Assembly: GCA_013239625.1 (NCBI GenBank)
Contig: MU054187.1
Span: forward strand, 19,398,711 to 19,462,710
DNA: 64,000 nt
Source: Lama guanicoe
Taxonomy: Eukaryota
Reading direction: 5' to 3'
In this document: piece by piece, positions 1 to 13,264 of the stretch
Layout of the letters: each line of letters opens with the position of its first letter
Position numbering within the stretch: position 1 is the first letter of the stretch
Position numbers and translations under genes: made by a program
The notes under the pieces: generated by a model
Database searches by the model: none
What the model was told of the DNA's origin: nothing
Seen by the model: the letters and a program-made list of their open reading frames with translations, nothing else

Positions 1-39
1 CTCAGTGTTGCGGGCTCACAGAAGCAGATGATGCTGGAG

Positions 40-970
40 AGGTTCCTGCGAGCTGGAAATCACGTGAGACATGAAGGCTGTGTTGAAGAATCTGCAGTGT
101 TTCTGAAGAGCAATTAGGAAGCTACTAATGGTTGTAACCAGGTGTGCCACTCCCAGATCTGTGCCTTGGGAAAAGAAAAAAATCACTCTCATTGTATTCG
201 GAAGACTAGACCACAGAGGGGCCAGGGTTGATGCATTAGTTTTCTATTGCTGCTGGAAGAAGTGACCTCAAGTTAAGCATTTGAAACAGTATCGCAATTT
301 CCATAGGTCAGAGGATTGGGCACAGCAAGGCTTAGCGGGGCTCTCTGTGCAGGTCTCACCTGGTAAGGAATCAAGGTGTCAGCTGGGGCTGAGGGTCTCA
401 TCTCCAGCTCACAGGTTGTTGGCAAAATTCACTTCCTTCTCCTGCTCTACATGCAGCCCCACTTGTGTTTGAGCCAGTAACTCCTCCAGGTCAAGCCCTC
501 ACGTTTCCAGTCTCTCCAACATCCTCTGCAGCTGCCTCTCTCCTACATCCTCCTCTGCCTTCGGCTGGAAGGCAGCTCCACTTGGAAGGGTTCATGTGAT
601 TATACTGGATTCACCCGGATAATCCAGGATACTCTCCCTACTTTAAAGTCAAGCTCACTAATAACCTTCCTTACTTCTGCAAAGGCCCTTTTGCCATGTA
701 ACATAAGTTATTCACAGGTATGACATCAGGGACAAATGTCATAGTCACAATTAATTCTGCCTACCTCACTTGATGTAGGGATATCAATTAGAAAGTTATA
801 GTAGTTCAAGCAGGAGAGGTTGATTACTTGATGGTGTTGGAAGAGATGGGGGAGGGGAGAGTACATGTTAGAGGAATCTTGGGGAACAAGGGAGAGAAAG
901 ATGTAAAGGAATATTCCAAGGTCTTTCTTGCTTGCACAGTTGGATGAATGGGGAGCTCACTACCTAACAA
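40..970 (-). mobile_element. L2 LINE fragment, split by an MLT1 LTR
   Basis: Resembles the antisense L2 3' region on both sides of the LTR, e.g. ccaaggtctttcttgcttgcacagttggatgaatgg (~916-951). Confidence 0.65.
232..768 (-). mobile_element. MLT1-family (ERVL-MaLR) solo LTR
   Basis: Starts tgcattagttttctattgctgct and ends attctgcctacctca; internal ggataatccaggat motif; 5-bp TSD gttga/cttga (227-231, 769-773). Confidence 0.85.
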
Positions 971-1439
971 TTCAATTTACTCCATTTTTGGATGGTTCTC
1001 ATCATGTGTTCTTTTTCCCTGGACCTCCAGTCCTACTGCCCATTTCCAGCCCTTCTCCATCCTGCATTTCAAACTGACGTTGCTTCTCCATTTCTGCAAA
1101 GGAGCAGTACTCCTGCCGATGCTCCTGGCATCTTACCGTGATTGGAAACAAATATTAAAGAAGATCTGTTTCTTTAGTCATCTGTTTCTGATTAAATATT
1201 ATGTATGTTTGGCTCATAGAAATCCATTCAATATTGATATATAAATCTAAATAAAAGTCCCAAATCAGAACTAACCACTATTATAAGTTAGAATTTATTC
1301 ATTTTGGTTATTTCAATTTTTTTTTTTTTTTTTTTACAGAAAAGTGATAAAATACACTCTTCTACAACTGGATCATTTTCGTTAGTGACATATGTTGGCA
1401 ATCCTTGTATGTTATCATATATAGATTTTTCTGATTCTT

Positions 1440-1700
1440 TTAAGCTGTGGCATGCTATTCTTTTTTTAAATGCATGTGCCATGACTTATTTAACCTGTTG
1501 CTTATTAATGGCTCTATAGCTTGCTTCCAACTTTTGCTGTTATAAGCAATGCTCTAATTGGTATCTGGGTGCAGGCATCTTTGGCCGCTTGTACGATAAA
1601 TCCCTGGGGTAACTTTCTAGATTTGGAATTGCTGAATCAAAAATCATATGCATTAAACATTTTAATTGTTAAAACTGTCCTTCAAAAAGACTGTTGTAGT
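1440..1700 (-). mobile_element. Old L1M fragment
   Basis: Decayed antisense L1 3' motifs (ttttgctgttataagcaatgct, tggaattgctgaatcaaaa, aaactgtccttcaaaaaga). Confidence 0.6.
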
Positions 1701-2130
1701 GTTTTGTTTTTTTTGTTTTTGTTTTTGTTTTTTCTACCTAATCTGAGTGTCAGGTGGAGGAAGAATATGACTTCAGGTAGAACTAAAGGAAACACTCTCA
1801 ATGAAAAAAATCCAAGATGAGATCAATGTTACCTCCTAATGCAGCCTGGAATGTGTGAGATTTAACAAAGATAAAACATTTGTCCCAGTGCTTCCAGTAC
1901 TGTGTTCCATACTGGGAAGAGTGTAACGGTATCAGGGTAATTCAAAGAATAGTAATTGAGTTGTTTTCTCAAAAGCCCCTTGGCCTACTTGTTAAACATG
2001 AAGCTAGTACAAAGCGTTAAGGGAGCATGGTGGGTGGAGGGCTGATGAGTTTGGGGAAGGTCTCTCATTTGAGCTGAGTCATTTTGATGAGCAAAATTTC
2101 AGAGGGAAAGTGTTTTTGTGGAATTACCCC

Positions 2131-2480
2131 GCCATAACAAAGAATGAAATTCTACCATTTGTAGCAACATGAATGGACCTAGAGAATATTATGCTTAGTG
2201 AAATAAGTCAGACAGAGAAAGACAAATACTATGCGATATCACTTATATGTGGAATCTAAAAAAAAGTAAAACAAATAAATGTATATGGCAAAACAGAAAT
2301 AGACTTACAGATACAGAAAACAAATTAGTAGTTGCCAGGGGGTGGGGGGTGGCGTGAGATAAGGGTATGGGACCAAGAGCTACAAACTACTACGTATAAA
2401 ATAAATAAGCTACAAGCATATATTATACAACATAGGGAATACAGCCAATATTTTATACTAACTGTAAGGGAGTGTAGTCC
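2131..2480 (+). mobile_element. L1 3'-end fragment
   Basis: aagaatgaaattctaccatttgtagcaacatgaatggacctagag...agtgaaataagtcagacagagaaagacaaata, the end of ORF2 plus 3' UTR. Confidence 0.9.
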
Positions 2481-3473
2481 TTGTGGACTCTGCTCAGACA
2501 TGAACTTCTTCATGTGCCAAAGGCAACCAATCACTCAGTTTTCCACATGGTTCACAAAGGTGCTTTCTTTCCCGAATGATTCCAAGACTCCAGACTTGGT
2601 GGGAAATTATTTCAAAGTGACAGCTGCTGATCAAATCCCCGTATTTACTTTACAATATGAAAGGACGAGGTTGTGCCATCTCTTTCATCTGCAAAACTTT
2701 CCTTGACCTCAAAAAGAACATTATAAACAACAGCACTTCACAGGATGTGGAATGAAAACAAGTTATGAAACCAGTGAATATGGGGCAGTGTAGGAAGAGT
2801 CGTCCAAGGGATGAACAAACAAATCCCTTTTCGTTAAAAAGAAATTCCCTGTTTACACTCAAATGTATAATTATTTATCAAGTTACTTTGGATTTTGAAA
2901 TATCTTTAATTAGGTGGTCATGTGGTCAGCTCTAATATTCCTTAGTTTTTATGGTTCTACGTAATTTCTCTTAAATGTAATTTTTGTTCTTACCAAATCA
3001 GAGTAGTTGAGAACTATCACTGAACATACTCTATTTAGTTTATCTATAAATTCATATTTTTTACTCTAAATGTTGATATGTTTATAATTAGTAGAGAAAC
3101 TAATGGGAACATAGAAAATCAGAATAGAAAGTCCACTATGAATCCTACAGAAATTAAATATTAAAAGTAAGCTGTTAAAAACTTAGAGAAAAAACTTAAA
3201 AATATAATGTTTGGAAATTATTGAATTGGCTTTATGTATTATAATTACTATTCTCTTGTTAAACATTAAAAGTAATTTGGGATAAAAGAGGAGAAATATT
3301 TTCTTAAATAAACTACTGCTTCTTTTCTTTTCTTTTTTTTTTTTTACTAAACTCTTTAATAAAGCTATAATTTCTTACGTGAAATGTTAATAAAAAGATT
3401 GCAAGTCTAACTAAATTCTCCATAAACTCTGCAGGGTTATGCCCCATAGAAGATGAATAAGTGGTATTAGTAT

Positions 3474-3630
3474 TCTTTTTTTTTAATTGAAGTATAGTCA
3501 GTTACCATCTCTGGTGTGCAGCACAATGTCCCAGTCATGTGATTCATTTTCATATTCCACATATTCTTTTTCATTAAAGATTATTGTATGATATTGAATA
3601 TAGTTCCCTGTGCTATACAGAAGAAATATG
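3474..3630 (-). mobile_element. Short L1 3'-end fragment
   Basis: Poly-T, then aattgaagtatagtcagttac...atattgaatatagttccctgtgctatacagaagaa. Confidence 0.85.
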
Positions 3631-3850
3631 TTTTTTAGGGATGTTTAATTATATGAAATTAATTAGGAACACTTGATTATATGAAATGTTATTTCATGTT
3701 GTTATTGGTATCATTAAAGGGCATAAATGTTAACCTTTCAATAACAAGCATTTTCTTAATTACATTTGATCTGAGTTACTAGGTCAGTCCCATACTAAAT
3801 TATTACATGCACATGTGGTCCTGAGTTCTCCCACAGTTGTTTTTCCTTTC

Positions 3851-3932
3851 TTTTTTATGGAGGTACTGGGGATGGAACCCAGGACCCTGTGCGTGCTGAG
3901 CATGCGCTCTACCATTGAGCTGTACCCTCCCC
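3851..3932 (-). mobile_element. tRNA-derived SINE (camelid Vic-1-like)
   Basis: Reverse complement reads ggggagggtacagctcaatggtagagcgcatgctcagcacgcacagggtcctgggttccatccccagtacctcc plus A tail, with Pol III A- and B-box-like motifs. Confidence 0.9.
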
Positions 3933-4529
3933 AATCCCTGTCCCATCTACTTCTTAGTGATGACTCAGTGGCAAGGTTTTCCATGCCTCCTCCAGTTTAT
4001 CTTTGGATCCCCATCACCCACAGAGGGCCTGGCAGAGAGTGAGGGCAGAGTTAATGGCTGCAACGAGCTGCATTAGTGCAGTGTGCAGCAAGCAAGGAAG
4101 CGGGTGCCCTTACAGAAGCAGAGATCTCACCAGCAGGGTGGGTGCCAGGACATCACAGAGAGAATTACAGAGACCGGAAAAACAGCAGGAGGTGAAGGGA
4201 CAGATGGCAGCATGCAGAAAAAAAAACAGAGGGGAGATACTTTACTTTGCAGTGGTCGGTTGGATTGGATTATTTTTGGCCCCACAACAGAGGTAAAAAT
4301 ATTAATTGGATTCAAGTTAACAAGTCTTTGTTGTATGCTCATTTTTGCAAAGAGCTATCCTCACTTCTGTGCTTGAGACCAAAAAGGAGTAGGATAAAAG
4401 TAATTTCTAGTTGCAAAGTAATTATAATCTAGTTGGGAACACATGTATAAACACATGAAATAGCTTAATTAGGACACGGTGGAATATGAATTTGAATTTC
4501 TTTTTCCTTCTGCATTTAATTTACCCATG

Positions 4530-5360
4530 AGTCCTGATGGCTTCAGCTGCAAAATATATTTCAAATCTGTCAACTTGTCTCCATCTTCACTCACAAGCTT
4601 AGTCCAAACCTCACTTGTCGCCCTTGTACCTGCAACAACCTCCTTCTGGTCCCTCTGACCCTAATCTTGTGCCCTCATGGTCTATTCTTTACCCAGTGCC
4701 AGAGAGTGTTTTCAAAAAACACAAATCCTGTTTTATCATCTCCTGCCTAAAATGCTTTCATGGCTTCCGGGTGCTCTCGGCTTCAGAGCCGAAGTCCCTT
4801 AGTGAGGCAGACTAGCCTACCCCTCAGATCTGTCTGCACCAAGCTTCCCATCATCATCCACTCCCCTCCAGCCATACCTCCCTTCTTTCTTTTCCTGGAC
4901 ACTTCCATGCTTGGTCCCTTCTTGGGACCTTTACAGATGTTCATTCTGCCTTTGCACCCCAACTTTGAAGGGCTGATTCCTTCTTCTCATTCGGATCTCA
5001 GCTTAGAGATCATCTCCTTGGTGGAGTCTCCCCACCACCTCGACTCTCCAATCTCATCTATCAAGCCCCTCTTCACCCACGTTTTCATATCACCCTTTTA
5101 CAGATCTTCACAGCACTTAGCAGCATCTAAAATAACTTTGTTTTGTGTGTGTCTTTATTGTCTCTTCTTCCCCCCAGGGAATGTCAGCTCCCCAAGAGCA
5201 GAGATCTCTTTTTTGTTTAATGGAGGTACTGGGGATTGAACCCAGAACCTCGTGCATACTAAGCATGTGCTAATACCCACCCCGGAGAGCAGAGATCTTG
5301 TTCGTGTTTTTCATCACTCCATTCCTGGTGCCCAGCTGATGCCTTGTGCATAGTCAATTC
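4530..5360 (+). mobile_element. L2 LINE 3' portion (tail resumes at ~6071-6105 after an L1 insertion)
   Basis: Pyrimidine-rich L2 3' motifs; terminal gttgttgaatgaatgaatgaa at ~6084-6104. Confidence 0.8.
5208..5285 (-). mobile_element. tRNA-derived SINE with an internal A-box deletion, inserted in L2
   Basis: ggaggtactggggattgaacccagaacctcgtgcatactaagcatg; 13-bp TSD agagcagagatct at 5195-5207 and 5286-5298. Confidence 0.9.
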
Positions 5361-6070
5361 TTTTTATTTTTATTTATTTACTTTTATTAAAGTATAATTG
5401 ATTTACAATGCTGTGTTAGTTTCTGGTATAATGTATAGTGATTCAGTTACACATATATGTTTATATTCTTTTTCATATTCTATTCCATTATGGTTTATTA
5501 TAGAATATTGAATATAGTTCTCTGTGCTATACAGTAGGAACTTGTTTATCTATTTTATATACAGAAGTCAGTATCTGCAAATCCCAAACTCCTAATTTAT
5601 CTCTTCACACCCCACCCCTTTCCCCTTTGGCAATCATAAGTTTGTTTCTTATGTCTGTGAATCTATTTCTATTTTGTAAATAAGTTCATTTATGTAACTT
5701 TTTTTAGATGCCACAAATAAGTGATATCATATGATATTTGTCTTTCTCTGTCTGACTTACTTCACTTAGTAAGATAATCTCTAGGTTCATCCTTGTTGCT
5801 GCAAATGGCATTATTTCAACCCTTTTAATGGCTAAGTAATGTTCCATTGTGTGTACGTATAACACAACTTCTTTATTCAGTCATCTGTCAACGGACATTT
5901 AGGTTGCTTCCATGTCTTGGCCATTGTAAATGGTGCTGCTGTGGACACTGGGGGTGCATATATCTTTTTGAATAAGAGTTTTCTGTGGATATATGCCCAG
6001 GAGTGGGATTGCTGGATCATATGCTAAATCTATTTTTAGTTTTTTAAAGGAATCTCCATACTGTTTTCTA
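5360..6070 (-). mobile_element. L1 3' end (~0.7 kb)
   Basis: T-rich tail, aaagtataattgatttacaatg, continuing to atatgcccaggagtgggattgctggatcatatg. Confidence 0.95.
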
Positions 6071-7099
6071 TCCACTTTAAATAGTTGTTGAATGAATGAA
6101 TGAAAAGTACGACCTAGTGGAAGACAAAGAAAAGCAACTGTAGCTCAAAGTAGTAGGGGAAAGTTCTTGGAGGAAGGAAGATTGTTTTAGCTGTGAAGAA
6201 AGGCACAGGGAAGCAAAAACTTAGAGGCAGGAATGTGCACATGTTTGTCAAAGAGAGGATCCTGGCCTGCCTGGAGCAGAAGTACACAGAGGAAAGGATG
6301 AGGTGGGTATCATGTCAGGGGGTGGAATTTGGATGGAACCAGAGGACAAAGGAAAGTCATTACACCACCAAGTAATATATATGCATTTTGCCTCAGGTGG
6401 CAAGCCATTAAAATTCCACAGGGCACCTGAGATCTAGGTTGTCTATTTATCATCTTTTTTCCAATTCCAACAAATCTGGAACAAATTATAGTCTCTGAAT
6501 CATGACCATAATAAAAAATATTTTTGATGAGGCCCCTATATTTCGTATTTATACCCATCATGATGATTTGATTTGATTTTTTGGCTCCTCTGTTTCTCAT
6601 GAAGTGGTCCACTGTTTTGATAAAGCAGCTCCCTAAGTGATTCAGTCTAAGAAAAGTTTTTATTTACTTGACATTTTATTTTCTCTCAGGAATGGCCCTT
6701 ATAGAATATGCATTTCTTTTCCCTGAATGAAATAATAAATGTCAAAGTACTTTGCAAACCATCAGGCACTAAGGAAATGGAAGGGGGAATGATCATTACC
6801 TGCAAAGGTCTTAAGGGATGTAAAGTACAGAAGGCATCAAGTCTCACTGCCCCGGTTTTCTTGCTTTTTATTGCAATAAGATGGACTATTTCATTACACC
6901 TGGAGATTATTTTTTGCTACAGTCAGGAAGCAATCATGTTTGTCAGTACATCACCCAGTTACTAATTCTAAGGAAATGAACAAAACCCACGTGCTTCTGA
7001 GAGAAATCTCGGATGAACAATCACTCATATAACATATTGTTTGTTCAGGAGAAAAAAGAATGAAAATTCTGCTGATTTTAAGAGCACTTATTCGACTTG

Positions 7100-7910
7100 T
7101 AAGGGAAATGCAAATCAAACCCTTAATGAAATAGCACCTTATACCAATCAGAATGACTATCATCAGAAAGTCTGCGATAACAGATGTTGGAGAGGATGTG
7201 GAGAAAAGGGAACCCTTTTACACTGTTGGTAGGAATGTGTATTGGTCCCACTAATTTCCTCAAAAAAGTAAAAATGTAGCTGCCATATAACCCAGCATAT
7301 ATTTATCTGGGTATATGTCTGGAAAAAAATGAAAGCACTGATTCAAAGAGATACATGCACCCCAGTGTTTATAGCAGCACTATTTACAATGGCCAAGACA
7401 TAGAAGCAACCCAAGTGCCCATTAACAGATGATTGGCTTAAGAAGATGTGATATACATGCATATAGATATATCTATATATTACTCAGCCATAAAAAAGAA
7501 TGAAATATTGCCATCTGTAGCAAAGTGGATGGCCCTAAAGAATATTATGCTTAGCAGAATAAGTCAGATAGAAAGACAAATATTATATGATATTATTTAT
7601 ATGTGAATTCTAAAAAATAATACAAATAAGTGTATGTACAAAACAGAAACTGACTCACAGACATAGAAAAAAAAAACTTACGGTCACCAAAGGGGAGAAG
7701 GAGGGAAAGAGGGTCAAATTAAGAGTCTGGGATTAAAAGATACTATAATAGATAAGCAACAAAGATTTACTGTATATATAGCCCAGGGAATTACATCTAC
7801 TATTTGTAATAACCTATAATGAAATATAATCTGCAAAAGTACTGATTCACAATGCTGTGCACCTGAAACTAACACAATATTTTAAATTAAAAAAATTTTA
7901 AAAATCAAAA
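7100..7910 (+). mobile_element. L1 3' end (~0.8 kb)
   Basis: gggaaatgcaaatcaaa...gatgttggagaggatgtggagaaaaggga (ORF2 Cys-rich region, RCWRGCGEKGTLLHCW) through the 3' UTR and A-rich tail. Confidence 0.95.
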
Positions 7911-8640
7911 AGTACTTTTTTCTCCTATTCCCTGCTTGACTCTTTTCTCCTTAGTGTGGAATGTCTATATACAGCATCAAGAACAATTTCTGTGAGCCCC
8001 TAACCTTGCAACTGTGAGCTGCAGCGACTGGGAGAATTTAGTTTTGTGCTCTAATAGTGAAACTGTTCTGTTAAAGATTTCAAGGAACATATTCAAAATA
8101 TAAAACTATCCTGCGTATGGAATCTTTGTCTTCCATGAATTAGCTCAATCATGGTTCCTAAACATAATATTTTTGTGATCGCACTGATACTTTGTGGAAT
8201 TATTTTTAAGTGATTATTTTTTCATTGCACAGATGTCATAGGAGATACTAGTCCTAAGCGATACCAGGGCTCCTGGGTCCATCTCCAGTGAAAATCAAGC
8301 CTTAGCTTTCATTTGGGACCGGGATAACAAGGACTGGAGTGGTTTTGAGCTCTGACCTGGATAGAATTCTGGTGAAATGTAGGTGAGCTGAGGCTGGTGG
8401 GGGCAGCTCTATCTGAAAAAATCTAGGAAAACAGGGACGCAGACAAGAGAATTTCAGTGAAGAGGCAAAGGAAAAGGCAAATGCTTTTTGGGTGGATCAG
8501 TAAATGGAACGTCAGAGCAAATGTAAATGTTTAAGAGAAAAACGGAGGCAAGGATTCTATGCAGTTACTGAATGGACTGGGATTAAAACATATCTGATAG
8601 GCCAGATAAACCTGGACTTTGAATGCAGAATAATCAAAAA

Positions 8641-8862
8641 AATAATAATAACCAATAGCTATTGAAGCTTCCCATGCAGCAGTTACTACACTAAGCATTT
8701 TCATGAAGTATCTTGTATTATCTTATTAATGCTCTCAAATCCATGACATAAGAGTCAAGCTTACCCTCACTTTATTGTCAAGAAAACAAAGATTTAGGAG
8801 ATCAAAGATGCTTAAGAGATGGAGCCAGGACCCAAACTCTGCCTGTCTGATTGCAATGCCAA
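8641..8862 (-). mobile_element. MIR SINE
   Basis: aataataataac...ctaagcattttcatg...aagaaaacaaagatttaggaga...ggagccaggacccaaactctgcctgtctga. Confidence 0.7.
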
Positions 8863-9261
8863 TGATAGATATATTTCTTGAAGACATAATACGGTTGTGA
8901 TACATAGCAATTTGGAAAATATAGAGAAGCATATACAAAGAAGTTAAAGTTAATTTTACCTTGTAAAAATAGAATAACATAATTCTTCAGATAACACCCA
9001 TTCCTAAAGGTAGCTGATGTTAATGCTTGAGTTTATATGGTTCCTATATATGTGGGTAGTTATTTAGTGCATGCATTTCCTCCCTTAATGTAGATAATCT
9101 TATAAACAGTGTTCTACTATATTAAAATATATTATTAAAATATATTGTAACAATATTTTATTAAATATATTATTTAAGAAAATGATACCATTCAAAAAAA
9201 AGAAAATTATGTTTTTCCATATTGGTGCATCTTTTCCCCCTGAGAAAAATCAATGCTACAA

Positions 9262-9378
9262 AATATATATGTACGATGTGCACATACATGCATATACATA
9301 TGATATATATGTGAGTACACGCACACAGTGTGTGTGTGTGTGTATACATGTACATATACATATATGTGTGTATATTAA
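9262..9378. repeat. Imperfect (TA)/(TG)/(CA) purine-pyrimidine tract
   Basis: Directly visible alternating dinucleotides. Confidence 0.85.
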
Positions 9379-9488
9379 TAGATACTGCCAATATGGGGTT
9401 GTACCAACTTATATTTTTACTGGTGTGTAAGATCTCTCCTTTATTCACATCTTTGGGAAAACTAATTGTTACTGATTTTAAAAATTTT

Positions 9489-9806
9489 AAGAAAGACACA
9501 AATGAACTTATTTACAAAACAGAAACAGACTCACAGACATAGAAAACAAACTTATGGTTACCATGGTGGGGAAGGGGGTAGGAAGAGATAAATTGGGGGT
9601 TTGAGATTTGCAGATCCTAACTATGTATAAAATAAACAAGTTTCTATTCTATAGCACAGAGAACTATATTCAACATCCTGTAGTAACCTATAATGAAAAA
9701 GAAAATGAAAAGGAATGTATGTATGTATATGTATGACTGAAACATTTTACTGTATACTAGACATTGACACAACATTGTAAATTAACTACACTTGAATAAA
9801 AAAAAT
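9489..9806 (+). mobile_element. L1 3'-end fragment
   Basis: gacacaaatgaacttatttacaaaacagaaacagactcacagac...ctacacttgaataaaaaaaa. Confidence 0.92.
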
Positions 9807-12800
9807 TATGGTTCTGAGAGTGGGAAAACATCTCATTTGTTTGCCTTTTGGGTTGTTATTGAAGATAAATATGTTTCACATATTTAATGACCTTAACATA
9901 AATACATTTGAAAAACATGTTAACATAAATATTTTTTCTTTTAACACTGTACTGTTTTCTGTGTATCTGCAGTTTTCAGATATATATCTTTGGAAACATC
10001 ATTACTTGGCAGCGTGAACATTGCTTTGTGCTGTAGTTTTGCACACATGCATCACATTTAACAAGGGCAGTAGGGATGGATAGTGTTGGAGGAAGAATGG
10101 ACGTGGTGGAGGTAGAGTTGGTCCAGTGGAAGGGGGACACTGGCACAGCATGTGGCTATGTTAGATAGCCGTCCCAGAAATATTTCATGATTAAGGCCAT
10201 TGGATGGAAATGCTAATGTCTGAATGCTCACAAAAGAATATTTCAAAGCACTAATCTTTGATCATTTATATACTCTTATTAGGAAGTTTTTGTTGTTGTT
10301 TTTTACATCTAGGTTTCTAATTTGTAAAGTGGAGATAAAATTTCCTTTCCTTTTAAAAGGATATCTTGCATATTTAAAAAAAAAGACAGGAAAACATCTT
10401 TACTCCACAGTAGGATCATTGTCTTTATTTTTTTTTATCACTGACATCTTCTCAGTCTGATCAAATCCATTTCAAATCCACCTACACACTCTTTTCCTAT
10501 CCCTCTTATAAAATCATATTTTTTTGAATAGTGAAAATAGCATCTCTTTGCCATTCTCCTAGATTGTCATTCAATTGTCTCAGGCTTAAGGAAGGATATC
10601 TTACTCTGAAGTCAAGATTGAGAATTGACTGAGTTGTCTTTCAGTTAAGGACTGAGGCTCGGAGGCTTTTATAAAGAAATATAAGGCTCTAGAATTTTGC
10701 TTTCTTTTGATTCAGAAAAATCTAAACCTCTTGTCCTTCCGGGCATTACACAAGGCACATTTGTTAAATCAGGACCTTCCTGATAAAAATGGACGTGGTT
10801 TCTCTTGATAATTTGACCTATTTGAATTCTGCTGGGCTGCTATGCCTATGTCTGGAGGGTCCGTCAAAGAGTGGTATTATAAATCAAAATTTAAAAATCC
10901 ACTTGACTTTATTAGAACTGTGATTCATGATCCATTAGAAGTGATCCCCCAAATTTTCGTCTAATCAAATGTGGCTTTATTAACCACTATATATTTTTAA
11001 TAGTCAGCTTGCTCTATTCATTGTCATTCAAGGTTGTGCCTCTGGGGCCGTCATAAATCCCTTGCCATGCTGTCCTGCTTTATAATCCCAGCATAACATT
11101 TTGCTGTCTCCTGCTGTCAAAACATTCCAATCTGACTCGATGGAATTTTATTATACATACAATGCATCCCTCTCCAGTCGACACAGTAGCAGAAATAATT
11201 GACCACATCTGAGAAGTCTTTTTCTCCAAGCACCTGTAGTAATTAAAACTCTAAAAAAATGGAAAATCCTTGACAATAGTGTTCATCATTCAGAACTTCT
11301 TTTCATAGGCACAGCAAACAAGATGTGCACTGTGTACAACGGCTAGTCAAAGATGGATGGATAATGGAAGCTTTATTGGCTGAATCTTCCTAAGGGTTCC
11401 ACTTGTGAGCCAGCCGAGATGTAATTCATTGGATCCATTAGTGGTCCCCACACCCATGGCAGGTTGGCATGAAAGACCCACATTTCCAGGCCTCATGAAA
11501 TGATAGTTCTTATATTGCCTGAAACAAAAATGATTCCATACTACCCTTTGTAGAGATTGCATGCAGGCTTGCATTGACTTTTCCCTGGCTGCTTTGCAAG
11601 ACATAGACCTTCTCCCGATGTGTGGATCACACTTGCCAAATAGGTGCTCCATCCCAGGGTCTCTGGCATTTCACATGGGTGGCTGTTAGGAAGATACTCT
11701 GAAGGGTGTAGAAACTGAATGGTTACTAGAGATTTAACCAACAGGGTAGACTTTGTATCTCTTACCCTACGCTTGGAACACAATATGACATATTCTGGCT
11801 GAGAAGTGCCTTCTTCTCATTTTCTATTTTTATGTACATGCTATCAGAGAGGGACACAGGAAATCCATGACAGCCCAACCTAAGCTGTTTGGAGACGAGG
11901 CTAGAAATTGTTTCTAGCAGGAAACCACATGTATTTTGAAATCCGGTATAATCTGCATCAAAATTCCCTCTTCCTCTTTGTCCCACAACCACAGTCAGTA
12001 TACTCTTTTACTAGAGAAATAGGCTGTTTCTTTCTTTTTCATAGGGGTACAGGAGCTGTCTTTATAATGAAATGAACTGCTTGCTGGTAATAAAGCATTT
12101 GCTTTCCTGATGTGTTTTCCCATCATTCCAATTCTTTGAGAAAGACTTAATTTTCATTTTCATATGGATATAGACTCAGATTTTATTATTATTATTTTTT
12201 AAATCTACAGCTTCCTTAGCTGTATCAAAGATGCAACCCAGGAACCGATTCTTAAAAAGGAAAAAAGGGAAAAAGGAAAAAAGCCTTTTTATTGCTTCTA
12301 ATATTGGAAGACACTAGAAGCACAGAAAAAGAAATACGTTTGCTTTTGTTTGTCTAGGAAAGCAGTGTCATGTCATTGCAGAAAGGACCTCAGATGTATC
12401 ATAGTATTTCTGCAGGAAAATTGGACTTAACTGTGATGTGTGCCTGGGTACCACGGACCCAGATTAGAAGCACAAAGTTCGTTATTGTATATTATGTATC
12501 TCTTTGATGGGCACAAATTTAGTGTGTGTCACATAAAGGGTAAATGAGCATAAGCCCAACACCATGACCTGAAGAAAGGAGGGTCCAACCAGGGTCAGAG
12601 AACACTTTAACAAATTAAAACCACACAGCAATTATGAGACGTTCTTTCCATGTGTTGAAACACAGAGATAGCAAATGCTGCCCTGACTGTGCATTTGAAG
12701 GGTTCAATGATAAACATCTTCTCCGGGTCTCCAAAGAACACTCTTTCATGAAGTTTTACATTCTAGAGGGTAAGAGTAGAAAACATCAATTCTAGAATTC

Positions 12801-13077
12801 TTTAGTTGCATTTATTGAGTCTTCCTATATGCCGGGCACAAAGAATGGTGGGTGTCACATCATCACTAAATTAGAACTCACAGTCAGATGAGTTCACAAG
12901 GACAAAGTCACGTGAACATGTAACCCGGATAAATGTGATGAGTCTGGGGAAAAAGTAGACCCAAAGTGCTATTGAACAAAGGCAGGAGTAATTCACCCTG
13001 TTTATTTTTAGAGGGGTGTACCTGCTATACCACTTCCCTGTTAATTTTTTTAGAGCCCTTATCATCACGTGATAGAG

Positions 13078-13264
13078 TATCTATTTACTTGTTTCTTAAC
13101 CATTTTTTTTAAAACAGTGTGGACCAGCCCCACCTTGAATGTTAAGTTACGTAGAGCCTCTGAGAATAGACCCTTCTCAGTTTCGTTCACAGCTCTATCC
13201 TGGTGCCTGGGACAGTGGCTGACACACAGGAGCTGCTCAATAAGCCTTTGTTGAGTGAATGAAA
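13078..13264 (+). mobile_element. L2 3' end
   Basis: gtgcctgggacagtggctgacacacaggagctgctcaataagcctttgttgagtgaatgaa, the canonical L2 terminus. Confidence 0.85.

Noticed and set aside
4760..5239. 159-aa ORF
   Set aside because: Lies wholly in L2 and SINE sequence.
6393..6431. 8-bp inverted repeat ctcaggtg/cacctgag
   Set aside because: Expected by chance in 64 kb, with no supporting context.
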